Source: Anolis carolinensis
Taxonomy: Eukaryota
Length of the DNA stretch: 64,000 nucleotides
Reading direction: 5' to 3'
Assembly: GCF_035594765.1 (NCBI RefSeq)
Contig: NC_085842.1
Coordinates: forward strand, 146,271,036 to 146,335,035
Made by a program: the position numbers and the translations under genes. Below the pieces are notes generated by a model. The model saw only the letters and a list, made by a program, of their open reading frames with translations. It made no database searches and had not been told where the DNA came from. Below, piece by piece: positions 37,601 to 47,422 of the stretch; position 1 is the stretch's first letter, and each line of letters opens with the position of its first letter.

Positions 37601-38679
37601 TAAAAATAACCCAGTTTAAACAGATCATATAAAACAGTTAAAACTTACAACAGGCACCATTTAAAAGTATCCATAACCTTCAGCCACTGAGGCTATTTGT
37701 AAAACTAAAAAATTATACAGCGCTATAGTGCTATCATTCATAGTAATGGTGACAGGTTTGGGCAGTAATATAATGTTACTCTCTCCAGGAGTCCAAACAG
37801 GACTTCCCCATTTCTACCCAAAACAAACCTGGGGCCACGTGCTGTTCTTCTGAGTTGAGGGGCACAAGGAACGGATAGAAAATTCTCTGTTCTTATTTTT
37901 AGGAGCCAGTGTGCCTGGCAGGATGCTATAACCCTATCCTCTTGACCTTTAGCTCTATGCAGGCATGCCATTTTGGGCCCCTTCCATACAGCTGTATAAA
38001 ATCCACATTGAATTGGGTTATATGACAGTGAGGACTCAAATAATCCAGTTCAAATCAGATATTGTGGATTATTGGCCTTGATATTTGGGGTTATATGGCT
38101 GTGTGGAAGGGCTCTCATTCTGTTTTTTTTTTTTTTTTGTAATAGAGAATTTGGTTATGTGCGGCTCAGCTGCAGCTTGGAGACGCACACAAACTAAGAT
38201 GACACAAGGATAGAATAAGAGTTGTAAAGTATTTCATATAATTAGCTTAAAATTTCTCATTTCTCTTTGGATGCCTCCTCGCGTTTCATCCAACTCTAGA
38301 AGTTGCAAGTAGTCACTTTTGTTATGTACCATACCAATCGTCTGGCAGTCAAAAGTTCAATTACCCTTAACAACACTATGTCCAGAATTATGTCAGACAT
38401 TACCCCTTAGCAAAATTATCACTCTCCCCACTTCCCTCTCTGTTTCTCTCTTTTCTGAAAGAACTGAATCTCCTGAGAAAAAAATAACCTAATCTAGAAC
38501 CCTTAACCTCATAACCAGCCCTCCAGTGGACTTCGTGGCTTTTTTTTCATTGAGGGCAAGAGGTGCCATTTTTGGGATCCTGGCTGGCATGGGTATTTAC
38601 CTGCCTTTCCTGGGATTGTAGATTCGATCTCAGCATGGTCAGGCTCCTCACACTTCCTGTAGATGCCTCCCGGTGCCAT
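18436..38679 (-). CDS. Gene B: type II C-type lectin, CLEC4G (LSECtin)/FCER2 (CD23)-like, 9 coding exons, 289 aa
   Basis: Exons 38679-38601, 33039-32917 (TM), 29881-29819, 24686-24633, 23156-23094, 22926-22837 (neck), 21630-21479, 19890-19784 and 18574-18436. All GT-AG, 870 nt open. CTLD has WIGLSD, QPN, QDC, WDD and DGWICEKAWKC. Confidence 0.88.
19784..19890 (-). CDS. Gene B exon 8 (CTLD part 2, RFLTSHSKNNVLWIGLSDINTENTFVWVDRSPASYT)
   Basis: WIGLSD and WVD motifs, phase 0-2. Confidence 0.93.
21479..21630 (-). CDS. Gene B exon 7 (CTLD part 1, DSACRVCPEGWLLNRGHCYHF...DYEEQ)
   Basis: 152-nt phase 1-0 exon with CPxGW and CY motifs. Confidence 0.93.
22104..22510. mobile_element. Tigger-type MITE
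   Basis: CAGGCGGTCCC...GGACTGCCTG with TA TSD. Confidence 0.85.
22837..22926 (-). CDS. Gene B exon 6 (neck, VSKHLANLDAAEERIQEDTFKLLEALHKMN)
   Basis: 90 nt, phase 1-1, ATG|GTAAGA donor. Confidence 0.82.
23094..23156 (-). CDS. Gene B exon 5 (neck, GSRLTEELKKLESQQETRGKE)
   Basis: 63 nt, phase 1-1, heptad pattern. Confidence 0.8.
24633..24686 (-). CDS. Gene B exon 4 (neck, GSRMEKQLEGLRSNHSIL)
   Basis: 54 nt, phase 1-1, resembles exons 3 and 5. Confidence 0.75.
26326..26615. mobile_element. tRNA-SINE with an internal inversion
   Basis: Tail 26326-26359 is on minus; head and body 26360-26615 are on plus. Confidence 0.85.
27467..28593 (+). mobile_element. 5'-truncated R4/Dong(Rex6)-clade non-LTR retrotransposon
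   Basis: ORF 27671-28561 has a CCHC knuckle (CRLC..ETIDHILSCC) and a restriction-like endonuclease (RHN, QDI..IIDVAIP..EKLSRY). Flanked on both sides by (TAA)n. Confidence 0.92.
29245..29520 (+). mobile_element. L2 LINE 3' fragment
   Basis: WNALP..FRKACKTLLF motif, AT-rich UTR, hairpin tail and (taaa)n. Confidence 0.75.
29819..29881 (-). CDS. Gene B exon 3 (neck, YSEMARKLEQLNDHQAVLTAN)
   Basis: 63 nt, phase 1-1, heptad pattern, good splice sites. Confidence 0.8.
30123..30266. repeat. About 144-bp dispersed repeat, copy 1 (copy 2 at 33920-34062)
   Basis: Colinear diverged match ending at ...GGGAAGGAGAGACTACA in both copies. Confidence 0.85.
31408..31926 (+). mobile_element. CR1 LINE 3' fragment
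   Basis: TKMIKGLENKPYEE..LGMFSLQKRRLRGDMIAMYKY followed by an (ATTCTATG)n tail. Confidence 0.93.
32354..32574 (+). mobile_element. Anolis SINE2-like copy
   Basis: Matches 351-578. Confidence 0.85.
32917..33039 (-). CDS. Gene B exon 2 (transmembrane, DSFLLKYRTCVSGRRSLPILYAVNAVLVLLWIIIFAVTISK)
   Basis: tttttgttgtccacAG acceptor, GTAAGG donor, phase 1-1. Confidence 0.85.
33920..34062. repeat. About 143-bp dispersed repeat, copy 2
   Basis: Same orientation as 30123-30266. Confidence 0.85.
38601..38679 (-). CDS. Gene B exon 1 (MAPGGIYRKCEEPDHAEIESTIPGKA)
   Basis: ATG at 38679, CAG|GTAAAT donor, phase 1; TATA box about 105 nt upstream. Confidence 0.7.
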
Positions 38680-38776
38680 TCTTGCAGTCTCAGCGAGTTG
38701 CTCCTCACAATTGCTTTGATACCTCCTCCAGCTCCAGGGACCTTTTAACCAGAAGGAAATGTACACACACATCCAA

Positions 38777-38791
38777 ACTTCCTCTTTTATA
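38777..38791 (-). promoter_or_regulatory. Gene B core promoter: TATA box overlapping a PU.1-type site
   Basis: Minus strand reads TATAAAAGAGGAAGT about 100 nt upstream of the ATG. Confidence 0.55.
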
Positions 38792-39028
38792 TTCAGAGCA
38801 CATGGCTGTCACTTCCATATTAAAGTTCTTGGAAATCTTTGTGTGAAGTGAACAAACTGATTCACAGGGTATCCTTACAAATAAATTTGCTGAGTGGTAA
38901 ACCCACTTGTAAGTGAAGTTCCGCGTTCTTTTGAATGGTCCCTGACATATTTTGTTTTTATAAGTGTCTGTGTATATTTTTCTTGATTATGTTGAGTTTG
39001 TTTTGATAATGCTCTTTGTCGTATTGTA

Positions 39029-39452
39029 CAGGTTGAGTATTCCTTATTGGAAATGCTTGTTACCAGAAGTTTTTTGGATTGTTTCAATGTTGGAATATTT
39101 CCATATACAAAGATATCTTGGAAATGGGACTCAGATCTAAACATATACATATTTTACACACAGCTTGAAAGATTTTCTTCTTTTTATTTCTAGGATTCTA
39201 AGATTTGTATATTGTATTTTTTTTGTATTGTTAGCCACTTGGAGTCTCTTTTAAGAGGCAAAAAATGGCACCTGAAATAATAGAACAAACACTTAATAAC
39301 CATAATTGTATGAATAATATTTTTTTAAATTATGCAATAGAGAAAGTTTGTGTACATTGAACTATCAGAATGAAAGGGTGTCACCATGTGGACAATTTTA
39401 TATTTTGTAGAATCTTGGATTTCATGAATTCAGATAAAGAATGCATAACCTG
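39029..39452. mobile_element. Degenerate Tigger-type MITE
   Basis: CAGGTTGAGTAT...ATGCATAACCTG with TA flanks. Confidence 0.7.
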
Positions 39453-39630
39453 TATTATTTTAATTTCTGGGGCAATTATTGCAATGGTCTGAAGCCCAAG
39501 AAAACTTATTCCAAAGAAAATACATTAGTTTGAATGTCTGCTCATAGGCTTTGGAACTTCCTTCCCAGGAAAGCAGAAACGATCATAATGATTCATATCA
39601 CACCATTAGTGGGACTCAAGGCAGCTTACA

Positions 39631-39635
39631 AAATA

Positions 39636-39691
<56 letters not shown>
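39631..39691. repeat. (AAT)n microsatellite
   Basis: Read directly; similar tracts at 11169-11235, 12693-12740, 46207-46255 and 47383-47422. Confidence 0.95.
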
Positions 39692-42600
39692 TACAGATTA
39701 AAATTCACAAGTTAAAATTGACTGGATAGGCTTGCCAGAAGAGATAGGTTTTCAGTCAAGTCTTAATTAAAGCAAAAGCAGTTTTAAATGACTACAAAGA
39801 CATCAGCAACAACATATGACACTTATATGAAACTTATTTTCAAAGCAATTAAATCATCTATAGAATAAAATCAATCCCCAAGATTGCATAAACAGCAGCC
39901 ATGAGGAGTGGGAGGTTTTGGAAGTTCTCATGCAAAAAAAAAACAACAACTTTTGGCCATTCACTGTAGAGGCTTGGTGCCAACTAGATGCCTACTGGTG
40001 TCTTACATGTACATAAGTTGAACTTTATTGTCTGATTACGAACATCTGTCTTTAGTCCAAGATTTGTGAAAGTAGAATTATACATCAAACATCTAGATGC
40101 TCATAAGAATGTGCATGATCACATTTCCCCTCTCTCTAATCTTGATATGCCCACTATAGAGCTGGTTCTGATCATTGAGATTGGTTTTGTTTTATATTAA
40201 TGATGTTTTTATACTTCATTGTTTTAATTGTTTAATTAGCTTGTTATATGTTTATTTGTGTTTTAAAATGTGTTTTTATTTGGTTAACTCTGTTTTTATT
40301 GGGCTTGGTCCCGCTTGTAAGCTGACCCGAGTCCCTTTGGGAAGACGGTGACAGGATATAAAAATAAAGTTGTTGTTGTTATTGTTATTGTTATTATTAT
40401 TATTATTACCATCACACATCCAGATGCTCATAAGAATGCGTTTGATTTTGTAAGATTGAAATTCAGTGCAAAAGTTGCAAATTCAACCAATATGTGACTC
40501 TACGTGGGAAGATTTATGCTTATGTGAACCTGATGTAGAATCTCAGTACGCAGGAGTTACAGTCACTCCAAGCACTTGCAGTAACAAGTATTACACACTC
40601 CTTGTGTGCAGTGATTGGTGGCAGAATCACCTCTGTCTTTTATTGCTTCTATGTGTTAGCAAAAGAAGGAATCTTGAATATATACCAATGATTGATCAAG
40701 GATTTTCCCTTTGCCTAGAGGATGTGTATGTGTTTGTGTGAGTTGGTGTGTTCAGCATTGTGAAATATCATACTCAGCCACGAGTTATGAACTATAATAT
40801 GACTATGCGAAATGGGCTGATCACATCCCAAACAAGTTTGGCAACCAGAAAAGTTTATTTCAAGTTTCACCCAAAGGTAAAACTGTCACGTTTTACCACT
40901 GACATGGGAGCCCTCAACAACCACTGATGTCTCCTGCACAGGACCTCTGTCATAGTCACTTTCACCTCCAAGATGGTAGGGACCCAACTGTGGTAGCTGA
41001 CATTGTCCTCTGACTGTGTGAAAGGGTTCGTTAAAAATCTGTTCTCTTGAAGAGTCATGTACTTCCTTTCTCCGGAGAATTGTGGTTTCTTGCAAAATTC
41101 CCCCAAGAGGTTACGTTATTCGGAAACATTGATTCAATGTAAATAAATAAATAAATAAATAAATAAAGTGGGTTATAGCTGGAAACAGGGTTGTTTTAAT
41201 TAGTGATGTTCCTTGACTGAAGGTCCATTTCAGAGCGATTTATCTGGTACTTTCATCTCAAAAATTCAATCGCTTTAACTGCCATGGCTCAATGCCATTG
41301 AATCACAGAAGTGCAGTTTGGTGCAACACTAGCAGTATTTGGAAGAGAAAGCTAAAGGAGTCCATAACATTGAGCCAAAGTAATTAAAGTGTCCGATTGC
41401 ATTAATTTTACAGTGTAGATGCACTTCTTATCAGTGGAAAATGAGCAGACTTTCAAAGCCTAGCTCATCAACTGATTCCCTTTTACACTTTCCAATGCTT
41501 CTCTCCTTTATTTCATGTTCTTTTAAAGCTTGACCATCTTGGATGTGCAGATATGTGCCATCAAGACTTGATGTACATGACTCATTTTGGTGGTTGAGGG
41601 AACATTTCTGGAAAATGAGGTTGTGAAAGCAATACGTCCAGTTTATTCTCTGGTAATGCATGACTCTTACATCTCAACAAAAGAAATTTTAATTCCTGAG
41701 AATGAAATAATGGACACATGAATTCTAGCTGCTTTATCTGATTCCCAAACAAAAGAACTCACAGGTCGCAACAACTGTAAAATGTCAAGCAGAAGTGACA
41801 TGCAAACTGTTTGTAAAACAAACCCTAAACTATTTTTTTCATCAATGGCTTTAATCTACTGGAAGCTTCCAGTAGGTGCATTGCATCTAGAACTGATACA
41901 AAATGAAAGCCATTAATCGCAAAATCAAGAAATGGCTTAGTCAATGGCTGGTGAGGAAAATGGTAAGCACGCATGGGTATGCCCAGGATTTTTCATTTAA
42001 ATTTCCTTTCTGACCTCACCAGTGTCCTCTTTAGCTGTACCTGCCTTCTGAAGTTAGGCAAGTGAAGAGAAGGTTTTCCCATACAGAATCAGCACCAGCA
42101 AAATCAGCACCAGTACACAATATTCTGCTCCGGAGTTGCCCCAGATCCACCCGATAACTGCCACACCTGCAGTAATATACCGGAGTGAAATTAAAATTGG
42201 CACTGCTTTATTCCTTCTCTTCAGGGCATCCACCCCCTTTCCAAGAAGCCCAGCCATGAGATAAACAGAGTTTCAATCCAGCTACCACCTCATAACTGAA
42301 CCCTAGCGGAGCATCTTGTTCTGGCTACTTGATCTCAGAATTTGCAGCTTCACCAGTGAGCCCTACTGGGGAGGTGCTTGGCCATGAAGATAGACGTAGA
42401 AGCCCAAAAAGAAAGATAACCTGAGAAGAAATAAATGTTTTGCCTCCCAATAGTAAGGGGACCAATTTTCCTGTCCAAATGCTACTTTCCTTAAAATTTG
42501 TGCACTGAGCAGTATCTCGGGGTGGCATCTTAATGAAGAAACCACTATTTCCATTTGCTCTGTTCTTTGCCTCAGAATTTTGCTTCTTGGGATGGAGACA

Positions 42601-43835
42601 ATTAATATTTTGGCTGCCTGAATAACAAAGTAGGTCCATCTCCAACATTGTTTGGGATGATTTTCAATTGTGTTTTTAGATAGATGATTAAAGAGAAGGA
42701 ATAAAAACTGGCTACACTGGGTGGGAAGAGGGAATCCTTAGAAAGTGCCTTAGCTAGAGTAGACATGGTGTAGTGGCCTGAGTGACAGATTACAACTCTA
42801 CAGATTAGTGTTCCAGTTCCCACTCAACTATGGAAACCCACTCCATCAGACTCTCTAATCTTCAGAGGAAGGCAAAGGCAACCCCCCTTCTCTGAAAAAA
42901 CCTTGCCAAGAAAACCCTGTGATAAATTCAGCTTAGGTGCTGCTACTGGAGGTTTCCTGGGGATGTATGTATGTGACGAATGGATAGATGGATGAACAGA
43001 TAGCATGAAAGTCTTGAAGAGACCCAGGAGCTGTGAAAATAATGGGATCACATGCAGCCCAGAAGCTATATTAGCTCACTATATTTCTGGACATTGACTC
43101 AGATTTCCAAGAAACCAGTGGTGTCAAAAAAGTCTAAAATTCCAGTACCCAAGCTACTGAGATGCCCATGCCCTTAAAACACTGAAACGCTCAAGCCTCG
43201 GCCATCATTGGCAACCTCTAAATTTACCTCTAGCACTGCAAGAGAACACTGTCTACTTTTTCCCCACAAGCCAGTGCACCAACCCTGTTGTGCATTAATT
43301 CTTGAAGAGACATAAGTGTAAAAGGTAAAAAGGCATAAGGCCCTTTAAGATTTCTATTTTTGGGGAAAGAGTGGGTTGAGACTTGAGGAAAGGTGTGAGA
43401 GGTGTATATGTGTCTTCAGGTAATCTGTTGACTTCTGACGATCTCATGAATTACATGGGGTTTTCTATAACAAGAACTACACGAAAGTGCTTTTGCCAGT
43501 CTCTTGCCATCAGTCTCCTATCTAAGTATCAACCAGAGAATTGGGCAGGGAGTGGGGGGCACTCAACAGGAGTGCAAGGTGGGTGGTAAGACTGCCAGGG
43601 GAATAAGCAAGACTATTGGTTGAAAGATTTATGCATGCTGGGAAGGAAAAAAAAAAACTCTGAAGGTGTTATGGTAATGCGACCTAACATAATCAAAGGT
43701 GATGGCGGCAGTGGCTTTGAAGACAGGCTTGAGTGCAAATTTAAACAGGTGAGTGTAATGTTAGTAGGGTTAAACTAAGGCAGGAAAATGCTCACTGGAG
43801 CTAGGATATAGCCTTGGTGTGGATAGGGCCTATGA

Positions 43836-43997
43836 CTAGTGGTGGCGAACCTATGGCATGCGTGCCAGAAGAGGCATGCAGCAGCCCCTCTCCTGGCACA
43901 TGCGCCATCGCCTGCCCCCCCCCCATTTGCCACCCCCTGCTTGCCACCCCTTTCCCCCAGTTTGTGTACTTGATCTCTAAAAGGTTTGCCATCACTG
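43836..43997. mobile_element. hAT MITE
   Basis: TIR AGTGGTGGCGAACCT / AGGTTTGCCATCACTG; 8-bp TSD GCCTATGA. Confidence 0.85.
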
Positions 43998-44672
43998 GCC
44001 TATGAGATAGTAAGAAAAAGCACCACTCCCTGTACTGTGCAGGGTGGAGTCATGCAAGTGGGCTTAAAGGTTGTAACAGAAGTTTTCTGCAATACTATTG
44101 ACTTTTTTTATCTGGAAGCACAGAGAGTTAGAGCCAGAAAGTTGTGAAATAGCTTGAGAAAGAATCTGTTGAATCTTCATCACTTTGAGGATTTTATCTG
44201 ATGTGATGGGGTCTTGTACGAGAAAAAAAAAACCCTTGCTTCCGCTTAACTTTGGCTTATCTATTTGTGAACACAGAAATTATTAGATAAGGTTTTATTG
44301 TGCAGTTGTATTCATTATCTCCAATATGAAATTTTATACAAGGAGGCAGAAAATCTCATTTTCCAATCCACCTATCTTTTTCTGTCATTTCATCCTCTTT
44401 TTTTCCTTTTCAGGAAAAATATGATATGAAGGAAAAGATGGTGGAGCTGCACAATTCAATCTTGCTACAGCCCATCCATCTGCAAGTGCCGGATTCCCCA
44501 GTGGTCTCTCCTTTCAAGCAACCCAAAATAGTGCTTGAACTTTTCACTATATGAGGAAGTAGAAGATTTCACTAAGGACACACCTGCCCAAGACACTCAG
44601 CTATTTTGAGGTCTCTGTGGGTAGCTACAGTTGGCCATTGTTTCCTGGCTTGGTTATTTAGATTGTGTGTAG

Positions 44673-44797
44673 TAGTGGTTCTCAACCCAGATATTTTGGC
44701 CTTCAACTCCCAGAAATCCTAATGGCTGGTAAAATGGCTGGGATTTCTGAGAGTTGTAGGCCAAAACACCTGAGGACCCACAGGTTGAGAACCACTG
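44673..44797. mobile_element. hAT MITE with SPIN-type TIRs
   Basis: AGTGGTTCTCAACC...GGTTGAGAACCACTG; TSD GTGTGTAG/GTGTATAG. Confidence 0.88.
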
Positions 44798-45130
44798 GTG
44801 TATAGCATGGGGAGGTCAACATTGCCTAAACAGGTTACTTACATAAAAGTTTGCAAGACTGAAAACTAGAAAGTACTACTATACTTTTCAAGACTGAGTC
44901 GAAGAGGGAATTTTCAGCAGCTTTTGTTCGTCACACAACCAGGTAACAAGCAACTGCTGCTGAAATTCCCTGTTCCACGCAACCATAAAATGTACAGGTG
45001 ACAACCAATATGCAGGTGTTGTAGTATGGAATGGAATCTGTCCCTCTCAAAAAAGGAAGAGAAACATAAGGAAACAAAATAAATCAAAAACCACTAAAGA
45101 AATGAAAGAAACCCAAATACCATAATGGGA

Positions 45131-45150
45131 AGGCGGGCCCCTATATTAAT
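45131..45150 (+). promoter_or_regulatory. Gene C putative core promoter (GC-box-like AGGCGGG plus TATATTAA)
   Basis: Lies about 40-55 nt upstream of the predicted ATG; motif match only. Confidence 0.35.
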
Positions 45151-45186
45151 CAGTCCAAAGCAGCTCACTTTCTTAAGTGTAGACCC

Positions 45187-45289
45187 ATGTATGATGACAC
45201 AGAAGCACCAAGTGGAGAAGAGGGTCTCCCACAATGGAGTTGCCGCCCCCTCCCTGCTGAGCCCACAGAGAAGACAGAACATGTGGAAG
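45187..45289 (+). CDS. Gene C putative exon 1 (MYDDTEAPSGEEGLPQWSCRPLPAEPTEKTEHVE)
   Basis: ATG, open frame, AAG|GTAATT phase-1 donor matching exon 2; GC-box and TATA-like element just upstream. Confidence 0.65.
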
Positions 45290-46205
45290 GTAATTTTTTA
45301 AAAACCTAAAACAAGATTGAAAGGGTGGGCTTTGACATATGACAGAATGATTCAAGCATGATATGCTAAGACTATGATGAATATAGTGTGGTCTAGTAGG
45401 TTTATATAGTGCTATCTACAGGGAAGGCGTACCTACTGAAGAATTTCAAGCTATGGATGTGGCGTTGATTGTCAGATCCAACGGGAATATTGCAAGTGAC
45501 AGGAAGGAAAGCAGGGTGGATCTAGGTTTGTTTTCCTGTTTTTATAAGGAGAATAAAGATTGTATGAATGTTCAGATGCAAGAGATAACACGGGTCCTTT
45601 ATCTTAACTGCTGTGTTGAAAAGAGAATTGCAGCAGGTCTAGCTGGCAGGACACTACTTTCATGGGCATCTACCAACTGCCTCCTTCACAGAAGCAAATA
45701 TGGGAGAGAGCCTTCTCCACAGCTGCTCCAAGATTTTCGAACTGCTGTTGTCTTTTCTATTCCAATAGATGTTTGTGAACTGATATTTTATAGATAAAAG
45801 ATTTTTGGATTTTTTTTTGTATATTGTATGGGTCCTAGAGCAAATTAAGCATGAACTCTCCCTAGAGGCCAAGATGGCTTAACTTAAACTGTCATACTTT
45901 GACTACGGTATATACTCGAAGATAAGCGGAGTTTATTATCTCTTTTTTAGGTCGAAAAGGCCTCCCTCGGCTTATAATAGGGTCAAGGTTAAGCCGGGTT
46001 GCGGAGCCTGGGGGCTACAGTGTGTTTTCCAAAACCTCCCTCTTCTGCTCTCCTCCCAGGCTGGAGTTATCTTATTTTTTAAGAGGGGGAGGGAATGTTT
46101 TGAAAAGGGAAAGGAGGGTGAGAGAAGCCCTTGCAAGCCAGGAAGAAGAAAAAGATTGCATGGGTGGAAGGGGAAGAAATAGACAGATGCTTGCAAATTT
46201 GCAGG

Positions 46206-46256
<51 letters not shown>

Positions 46257-47379
46257 TGCACAAACTGTTTGAGTCAAAGGGGAGGGGAGGGGAGAAAGGA
46301 GATATATTTCATTTCCTCTTTGTTTGTATGGCTCTCTTTCAAACCCACACAATTTCCTGAACTTGCAGAGGAAAGAAAATCTAAACTAGGGATATTCCTT
46401 TCCCTCCTTCAACTGCCTGGTCAACTTGAGTGGGTTTTCTTTTTAGTGGGGAAGAAGCAATATCTATTCCTCTCCTCCCACATGTTTACAAAAGAAAATA
46501 TAGCCTACTTTTTTCAAAAGTTAGCAACAGAAGCTATTTTTTATTTCTAAGGAAACAAAAATGGGGTGGGTTTTTGGAGGGGAGGACGGAGGTTTTAAAA
46601 AGCCTTTTCTGGCTACTTTTAGAGTTTGAAAAAGAGAGAATTAAAATAGGTGGGAAAGGGGAGCTGAACAGAGGCCCACATTTTGGGAGGGGGGGCTTTG
46701 CTTGCATTTCTTCCTTGGGCAAATGCATGCCCCAAAGCTTGTAAATATGATATAGATTTCCCCCCAGAAATACATCAATTTTATATATGATTTTTTCCCT
46801 CATATGTTTGCAGGTCTTTGCAAAACCTATACACATGTATATATATCTAGAGATTTTCATGTACCTGTATATCTGTATCCATATGTATACATTATTTTTA
46901 TATATGAATTTTCTCTCCCATGTTTGCAAGATTTTGCAAATCCTATATAGATATAATTATCTATATGTAGAGAGAGATGTCTAGATAGATATATATGAAT
47001 ATAGATATATAGGGTTTGCAAATATGACAGTGTGGAAATGCACACACAAATATACACAGACATGTCTAGATAGATATGAATATAGATATACAGGACTTGC
47101 AAATATTGCAGTGGAAATGCACACACCCCTATATTAGACAGATGTCTAGATAGATATAAACAGATATATAGGGCTTCCAAATATTGCGAGAGGGAAATGC
47201 ACATATATAGAGAGATGATTTGCAAATATTTCAGGGGGAAATGCATATGTAAAATTAGTATATATACTTGTAGATCTATATCTAGCTCTGTATTGTTTAT
47301 AAAGGCATTGAATGTTTGCCTGTTACTATGTTGGAAGCATGCTTGTGTCCCCATGGGGAGATAGAGCAAGATACAAGTG

Positions 47380-47422
<43 letters not shown>

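Noticed and set aside
42054-42257. 67-aa minus ORF with a hydrophobic end as a micropeptide or fourth lectin TM exon
   Set aside because: No convincing splice sites and no associated CTLD exons; hydrophobicity partly comes from a short AATCAGCACCAG duplication.
44414-44554. Acceptor-preceded open frame (EKYDMKEKMVELH...)
   Set aside because: No recognisable homology and no partner exon; cannot be supported.
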